64,000 bases of DNA. Source: an uncultured virus (IMG/VR IMGVR_UViG_3300021963_000089). Lineage: Duplodnaviria > Heunggongvirae > Uroviricota > Caudoviricetes. The position numbers and the translations under genes were made by a program. Of this stretch, positions 57,830 to 64,000 are shown in pieces. The stretch is taken from IMG/VR virus record IMGVR_UViG_3300021963_000089; one strand, given 5' to 3'. Positions within the stretch are counted from its first letter, which is position 1. The number at the start of each line of letters is the position of its first letter. The notes beneath the pieces were generated by a model. That model was not told the DNA's origin, did not search any database, and saw only the letters and a program-made list of their open reading frames with translations.

Positions 57830-59399
57830 GAAGTGTGTTGAAAATCCGATATACTTCATGAAGAAGTATGTCAAGATTCAACATCCCGTCAAGGGAACCT
57901 GCAACTTTGACTTGTATCCCTTCCAAGAAGGTGCTCTACAAGACATGGTGGATCATAGTCTCAACATCATTCTAAAGAGTCGTCAGATGGGTATTTCTAC
58001 TTTGACGGCAGCATATAGTTTGTGGTTGATGACGTTCCATACAGACAAGAACATTTTGATCATCAGTATCACGCAAGAGACTGCAAAAGAAATTGTTACA
58101 AAGGTTAGATTTGCCAATGACAATCTTCCTACATGGTTAAAAGTTCCATGTGTAGAAGATAATCGTTTGTCACTACGTCTTAAAAATGGCTCTCAAATTA
58201 AAGCTGTGTCAAGTGCTGGAACCGCAGGTCGTTCCGCCGCATTGTCACTTCTAATCATTGACGAAGCTGCATTCATTGATGGTATTGAAGAAATTTGGTT
58301 GTCTGCTCAGTATACGTTATCAACTGGTGGTAGAGCTATTTTGTTATCGACCCCTAACGGTGTTGGTAACTTTTTTCACAAGACATGGGTTGCTGCCGAA
58401 GCTGGAGAAAATGGTTTCAATACAATTAGATTACCATGGCATTTACATCCAGAACGTGATCAAGCTTGGCGTGACAAACAAACTGAATTGTCTGGTGTAA
58501 AAGGTGCTGCTCAAGAGTGTGATTGTGACTTTTCAACATCTGGTAATCAAGTTGTGTCGGTTGATACTCTTGAGTTTTACAAACAAACTTACATCAAAGA
58601 TCCAGTTGAAAAACGTGGAGCAAGTCAAGATTTGTGGATTTGGGATCGTCCAGACAATAGCAAAAACTATATCGTATCTGCTGACTGTGCTCGTGGTGAT
58701 GGTGCTGACTATAGTGCATTTCATGTATTTGATGTTGACACATTGACACAAGTAGCGGAGTATAAGGGTCAGTTAACTACCAAAGATTATGGTAACTTGT
58801 TGGTGGCAATTGCAACTGAATATAACAGTGCATTGCTTGTTGTAGAAAATAACAACATTGGTTGGGGAACACTACAACAAATTATTGATAGAGATTATCA
58901 AAACACTTTCTATAGCACACCAGATCTGAACGTGGTTGATGTAGAACACAATTACACAAACAAACTTAATGCTCAAGATAAAAAATTAGTGCCGGGATTT
59001 ACAACCACCAACAAGAATAGACCATTGATGGTAAGTAACATGGAATCGTGTTTCAGAGACAAGTCAGTCACTATAAGGTCTATTAGGACATATGAGGAAC
59101 TCAATGTGTTTATCTGGAATGGTCCTAAGGCAGAAGCAATGAGGGGTTATAATGATGATTTGGTTATGGCTCTTAGTATTGGTCTGTGGGTTCGTGGAAC
59201 CGCATTAAAGTTGAGAACAGAACAAATGGCATATACACGAACAATGTTGAGCGGAATAACAAAAGTAACAAATACAACACCTGGTCCGTCATCACAATAT
59301 AAAATCATTCAATCGCCTCAAGAAACGTGGCAATTTGAAACTGGAGGTGGTGGAGTTCCAGGCACAGGTAAAAAAGAATCACTAACTTGGTTGTTGTAA
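57786..59399 (+). CDS. Terminase large subunit (gp17-like)
   Basis: KSRQMGIS, IIDEAAF, STPNG, ADCARG, NDDLVMA. Confidence 0.95.
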   Translation: MSQQNLREIIKQEYKKCVENPIYFMKKYVKIQHPVKGTCNFDLYPFQEGALQDMVDHSLNIILKSRQMGISTLTAAYSLWLMTFHTDKNILIISITQETAKEIVTKVRFANDNLPTWLKVPCVEDNRLSLRLKNGSQIKAVSSAGTAGRSAALSLLIIDEAAFIDGIEEIWLSAQYTLSTGGRAILLSTPNGVGNFFHKTWVAAEAGENGFNTIRLPWHLHPERDQAWRDKQTELSGVKGAAQECDCDFSTSGNQVVSVDTLEFYKQTYIKDPVEKRGASQDLWIWDRPDNSKNYIVSADCARGDGADYSAFHVFDVDTLTQVAEYKGQLTTKDYGNLLVAIATEYNSALLVVENNNIGWGTLQQIIDRDYQNTFYSTPDLNVVDVEHNYTNKLNAQDKKLVPGFTTTNKNRPLMVSNMESCFRDKSVTIRSIRTYEELNVFIWNGPKAEAMRGYNDDLVMALSIGLWVRGTALKLRTEQMAYTRTMLSGITKVTNTTPGPSSQYKIIQSPQETWQFETGGGGVPGTGKKESLTWLL

Positions 59400-59423
59400 T
59401 ACTTATATATAAGATAGCATTAT

Positions 59424-61400
59424 ATGGATGACAAATCATTTCAAGAGTTAAAAAATAGGTCACTTTACGCTAGGCTGAAGAGACTGTTCAGCAACGACGT
59501 AATTGTTCGTAACGTGGGTGGCAAAAAACTCAAGGTCATCGACACCGATGAAATTCAGTATGCTACCGACCGTAATAGTTTAAGAGATCGTTTCAATCGT
59601 CTCAGAACTACTGCGTATAATTCGTATACCCGTGACTTCAATTTGTCATATCAAAGCAGTCGTGTAGAACTGTTTCGTGATTATGATACGATGGACATGG
59701 ACCCAATTTTGGCATCCGCATTGGACATTTATGCTGATGAATGCACCACTCGTAATGAAATGGGTGACATTATCACTGTTCGTAGCACCAACGATGATAT
59801 CAAGAGCATCTTAAATAATTTGTTCTATGACATCTTGAATATCGAATTCAACCTTTGGTCGTGGACTCGTAGTTTGGTCAAGTATGGCGATTTTTATTTG
59901 AGAATGCACATCAGTCCAGAGTATGGTGTTTACATGGTTGAACCACTCAGTAGTTACTATGTGACCCGTGTAGAAAATGCGCATCTACAAAATAAGAATT
60001 TCGTAAAGTTCCAAGTCAATCTTCCATATGGTAACAAGATTGAAGATTTGGAAAACTATCAGATGGCTCATTTCCGTTTGTTGAGTGATAGTAATTTCTT
60101 GCCTTATGGTAAGAGTATGTTGGAAGGTGCTCGTCGTGTTTGGAAACAGTTGAGTTTGATGGAAGACGCAATGTTGATTCATCGTATCATGCGTGCTCCA
60201 GAAAAACGTATTTTCAAGATTGATATTGGTAACATTCCGCCAAACGAAGTTGATAATCACATGGAGAGAATCATTCAACAAATGAAGAAGACTCCATATT
60301 TGGATCAAGCAACTGGTGATTACAATCTTCGTTTCAATCTACAGAACATGGTTGAGGACTTTTTCTTGCCAGTTCGCGGTGGTGATAGTGGAACTGCTAT
60401 TGATAACTTGCCAGGTCTTGAATGGACTGGAACAGACGATATCGAATATCTACGTAACAAGATGATGGCAGCTCTTAAAATTCCTAAGGCATTCTTGGGT
60501 TACGACGAGAGTTTGAGTGGTAAGGCTACACTTGCTGCCGAAGATATTCGTTTTGCCAGAACGATCCAACGTATTCAACGTATCATTGTTAGTGAGTTGA
60601 ACAAGATTGCTGTGGTTCATTTGTATAGTCAAGGATACAGAGACGAGTCACTCGTTGATTTTAGTCTTGAATTGACCAATCCTTCTACAATCTTTGAAAA
60701 GGAAAAGATTGATGTATGGAAGAGCAAGGTTGAAGTCAGTAAGGACATGCAAGAACAAAAGTTGTTTAGCAAGAAGTGGATTTATGAAAATGTCTTTGGT
60801 ATGAGTGATCAAGACATGATTATGTTGCAAAAACAACTTGTTGATGATGCTAAGGGAACTTACAGATTTAAGCAGATCGAAGAAGACGGTAACGATCCTG
60901 CATTGAACTTCCTCAAGGCCAAGGGCTCAGAAGGAGAAGACGGAGCCGGAGGCGCGGAAGGGGGTAGCGCTGGTGGAGGCGAAGAAGCGGCAGGCGGAGG
61001 AGAAGTAGGAGGAGGTGCTGAAACCAGCGCTACAGCTCCCGCAGGTGGAGAAACTGCTCCAGCTGGTGGTGGAGAAACGCCAAAATTGACTGAAAAAGTT
61101 AAGATGTCTGCTCATGAACGTGCGGAAGCAAACCGTAAAAAAGAAGAAAACCGTGATAGGGACCAAACTGGTAGAAAAGATGCTAGAAAATACCCATTTG
61201 GTGAAGATCCACTTGGAACACTAGAGAACAATAGTGACAGTGATTTGTCTCCTACTCACAAATATAAGAAACGTTCTCCATTGTCTTTAGAATCAATGGA
61301 ATCACTATCGACAATTCTACAAGGATTGGATAAGTCCAAAGAAATTTTGAGAGAAGGAGTATCAGGATCTTATATGGACGAAACAAACATCAAAGAATGA
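59424..61400 (+). CDS. Portal protein (gp20-like)
   Basis: EDAMLIHRIMRAPEKRIFKIDIGN, EDFFLPVRGG, LPG, ALKIPK. Confidence 0.95.
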   Translation: MDDKSFQELKNRSLYARLKRLFSNDVIVRNVGGKKLKVIDTDEIQYATDRNSLRDRFNRLRTTAYNSYTRDFNLSYQSSRVELFRDYDTMDMDPILASALDIYADECTTRNEMGDIITVRSTNDDIKSILNNLFYDILNIEFNLWSWTRSLVKYGDFYLRMHISPEYGVYMVEPLSSYYVTRVENAHLQNKNFVKFQVNLPYGNKIEDLENYQMAHFRLLSDSNFLPYGKSMLEGARRVWKQLSLMEDAMLIHRIMRAPEKRIFKIDIGNIPPNEVDNHMERIIQQMKKTPYLDQATGDYNLRFNLQNMVEDFFLPVRGGDSGTAIDNLPGLEWTGTDDIEYLRNKMMAALKIPKAFLGYDESLSGKATLAAEDIRFARTIQRIQRIIVSELNKIAVVHLYSQGYRDESLVDFSLELTNPSTIFEKEKIDVWKSKVEVSKDMQEQKLFSKKWIYENVFGMSDQDMIMLQKQLVDDAKGTYRFKQIEEDGNDPALNFLKAKGSEGEDGAGGAEGGSAGGGEEAAGGGEVGGGAETSATAPAGGETAPAGGGETPKLTEKVKMSAHERAEANRKKEENRDRDQTGRKDARKYPFGEDPLGTLENNSDSDLSPTHKYKKRSPLSLESMESLSTILQGLDKSKEILREGVSGSYMDETNIKE

Positions 61401-61455
61401 TATAAATCCGATGATTTTCCAAATTTCAATATATTTATAAATAATAGAGAACTAT

Positions 61456-62328
61456 ATGCGCAAAAAAGCTAAACATTCTAAGTTTAAGAATAGCGGAGTA
61501 TTGTTTGAGTTGCTCACGCGACAGATTACCGCAGATATATTGGCAGGTCGTGACGAATCGTTCACCAAGAATTTGATGTTCAAATATTTTAACGAAAGCA
61601 CTGCGCTCGGAAAAGAATTTCAACTATACAATTTTATAGTAAGTCAATCTTCTAAAAATGCCGAGTCTGCTGATCGTATTTTGAACGTAGTATTACAAAC
61701 TCGTTCAAAACTAAATGAACGTGAGTTGAACTCCGAAAAATACAACCTCATCAAAGAAATCAAGGAGCAGTTCAACATCGATGAATTTCTAAAGAATAAA
61801 ATTCCAAACTATAAACTTTATGCCTCGGTATACAAGTTGTTTGAAAACCAAGGATCTGATGAAGTTAAGTTTGATGTAGAAGAAATTTTGGAAGCAAGAG
61901 AGTGTGTGGTAGAAAGTTTGACAAGAGAAAAGAAGAACGAAGAACAAGCTTTGGATGTATATAGTTCTCAACCAGCCGAAGTGAAGTTACTCGCATATAA
62001 GTTCTTGATCGAAAACTTCAATAAGAAGTATTCTTCTTTGTTGCCTGCTCAAAAGGTATTGTTGAAAGAATTTATTACAAACGTTTCCAACACTAACAAG
62101 TTTACTGAATTTGTTAATAACGAATACAAGAGGGTTGCTGACCTTCTCAAGGAAAGATCGATTTTGGTTAAGAATGATATTATCAAGATCAAGCTTAACG
62201 AAACGGTTGCTCAGCTTTCAAACAAAACACTTACAGGCATTGTAAAGGAGAATCAATTGACTCCTCTTTTGAGTGCTTATGAGTTGATAGAAGAATTGAA
62301 TAAACTTGCTGATGAAAAAGCTTCTTAA
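61456..62328 (+). CDS. Hypothetical head-module protein
   Basis: 290-aa helical ORF between portal and protease. Confidence 0.7.
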   Translation: MRKKAKHSKFKNSGVLFELLTRQITADILAGRDESFTKNLMFKYFNESTALGKEFQLYNFIVSQSSKNAESADRILNVVLQTRSKLNERELNSEKYNLIKEIKEQFNIDEFLKNKIPNYKLYASVYKLFENQGSDEVKFDVEEILEARECVVESLTREKKNEEQALDVYSSQPAEVKLLAYKFLIENFNKKYSSLLPAQKVLLKEFITNVSNTNKFTEFVNNEYKRVADLLKERSILVKNDIIKIKLNETVAQLSNKTLTGIVKENQLTPLLSAYELIEELNKLADEKAS

Positions 62329-63421
62329 AGAATCAGGCGATCCATTTAGAGATATTGTAAAAAAATACGCTCAATTGTATCGTGATAATGAATTGGCACG
62401 CATTGATAAAGCGCAATATCACGCGTGGCTACAAGCACATGCTGACAAGATTACACCAGCTGTAAAAGCAAGTGTCGAAAAAAAAGTCAAGGATCAGTTA
62501 AAGAATAAGAATGAAGCATCCACCAGTAGTGCTGCTGGTGCTTATATGACTCCCTTTGCCTTTTCTCGTAAAGGGCCTGGAAATGTTAGAGCTGCAACAC
62601 AACTTGGTTTCAAGTTGGCTAAACCAGTCAAGAAAAGTCCTGGATATGCTTTAGAAAACCAAATGTATAGTGAGCCAGCATATGTGACACCAGCACAGAA
62701 CATTGAACCTGTAGATACCTACGAGGATGAAAATGGATTGGTTCAACATGGAGATCCAGAATTAGATCCAGGTTTGGCAGGCAAGACACAAACAACTCTT
62801 CCAACTACAGAACAACGTAATTCTGTAAAGAAGATCGTTGAAGGATATCGTGCTTCTAGATTTTTGACTAGAGAAGCGGAAGCTGGCCAACAACCTGCTC
62901 CAGCTCAACCTCAACAACAAGCTGCTCCTCAACAAGCTGAACCCGCTGTTAATGTTCAATCATATGACATCCAACCAGACTTTACTCAATTTGACACCAA
63001 GTTGAAGGATGCAACTGAACAAACTAAGTTGGAACTTCAAAAGAAGATTCAAGACCAAATTTTAAACAAAAAGATTGTGGTTCGTGCTAGCAAGGGATAC
63101 AAACAACCAGAAACAGATTACACAATCAATGTTACTGGTGTTCAAATCGATTACTATTATGATCGATATGTAATCATCATTCTAGGTCGTGAAGAAAGTA
63201 AACAAAAGGCAGCCAAGTTCTTTGTAAAGCCTGGATTCAAGATTAAGATTTTGGGACCAGCCGATGTAAAGCAAAGAGACAAGTATCAAATTGCTAAATC
63301 AAAAGCATTGGTTGATCCATCACAACAAACGTCTGCTGGAGCATCTAATGTTGTAACTTCAAAACAACAACCAGCTAAACCAGAAGAAAAACCTGAGGCA
63401 CAACCAGCCCTACCAGCTTAA
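62312..63421 (+). CDS. Probable prohead core / internal head protein
   Basis: MKKLLKE leader; further E sites (ALEN, IVEG, LTRE); directly upstream of the protease. Confidence 0.55.
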   Translation: MKKLLKESGDPFRDIVKKYAQLYRDNELARIDKAQYHAWLQAHADKITPAVKASVEKKVKDQLKNKNEASTSSAAGAYMTPFAFSRKGPGNVRAATQLGFKLAKPVKKSPGYALENQMYSEPAYVTPAQNIEPVDTYEDENGLVQHGDPELDPGLAGKTQTTLPTTEQRNSVKKIVEGYRASRFLTREAEAGQQPAPAQPQQQAAPQQAEPAVNVQSYDIQPDFTQFDTKLKDATEQTKLELQKKIQDQILNKKIVVRASKGYKQPETDYTINVTGVQIDYYYDRYVIIILGREESKQKAAKFFVKPGFKIKILGPADVKQRDKYQIAKSKALVDPSQQTSAGASNVVTSKQQPAKPEEKPEAQPALPA

Positions 63422-63422
63422 T

Positions 63423-64000
63423 ATGAAAACAGTATTAATTGACGTATTACCATTTGAATTCAAAAAGACCGCACTTAACGAATCGTTGAGTAGTGGTAAA
63501 CTTCTTGTGACCGGCACACTACAACGTGCTGAAGCAAAGAACCAAAATGGTAGAATTTATCCAAAAGAAATTTTAGAGCGTGAAGCTACTAAATACATGG
63601 ACAACTTTGTTAAGCAACGTCGTGCCATGGGTGAACTTGACCATCCAGAGTCTTCTGTTGTTAACTTGAAGAATGTCAGTCATAACATCGTAGACATGGG
63701 TTGGGATGGTGATGATTTGGTTGGAACTGTAGAAATTCTTCCAACTCCAAGTGGTAACATTCTTAAGGATCTTCTCAAGGCTGGTATTCTATTGGGTATC
63801 AGTAGCCGTGGTTTGGGTAGTGTTAAGAAAGATATGAGAGAGGGTGCCGATGTGGTTCAAGACGATTTTGACTTGATCGCATTTGATTTTGTAAGTAATC
63901 CTTCTACTCAAGGTGCATTCATGTATCCACAAGGAAAGATCACTGAAAGTGTAAATCCTTCTGGAAATAGAATCATCAATCCTTATTCAAATATTGAGAG
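63423..64000 (+). CDS. Prohead protease (gp21-like), truncated by window end
   Basis: Read by hand: NQNGRIYP, GELDHP, VSH, GISSRGLGS, FDFVSNPS. Confidence 0.93.
   Translation, partial: MKTVLIDVLPFEFKKTALNESLSSGKLLVTGTLQRAEAKNQNGRIYPKEILEREATKYMDNFVKQRRAMGELDHPESSVVNLKNVSHNIVDMGWDGDDLVGTVEILPTPSGNILKDLLKAGILLGISSRGLGSVKKDMREGADVVQDDFDLIAFDFVSNPSTQGAFMYPQGKITESVNPSGNRIINPYSNIE

Noticed and set aside
57786..61400. Introns or inteins in terminase or portal
   Set aside because: The ORFs are continuous. The GC-rich stretch at 60920-61080 is a Gly/Glu/Ala low-complexity linker.

Overview
This window is part of a large, AT-rich, T4-like (myovirus) jumbo-phage genome. Almost all genes are on the + strand and read in the standard code. 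1-600 holds the 3' part of a highly structured non-coding RNA with an embedded tRNA-like module. 720-5130 holds a probable internal head protein and an outer-membrane beta-barrel. 5.6-8.3 kb is an array of about 14 tRNAs (several structurally aberrant), tRNA-like or unknown structured RNAs, and a tmRNA. 8.3-11.3 kb has small ORFs, an ART-fold protein and PhoH. 11.3-17.1 kb has tail fibres (one with an S74 chaperone, one with a C-terminal Hint domain), followed by Hsp20 and a gp55-like late sigma factor. 20.8-36 kb is the baseplate block. 36-46 kb has two mucin-like Pro/Thr-repeat virion proteins next to four glycosyltransferase-type genes; this cassette lies between the two halves of a split structural paralog. 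Then come a RuvC-like resolvase, primase, a fused gp47-gp46 nuclease, an enlarged tail sheath, two probable capsid-packaged enzymes, terminase, portal and prohead protease (truncated by the window end). The best candidate for an undescribed system is a phage-encoded mucin-type virion O-glycosylation pathway. All calls come from motif reading by eye; no searches were run.
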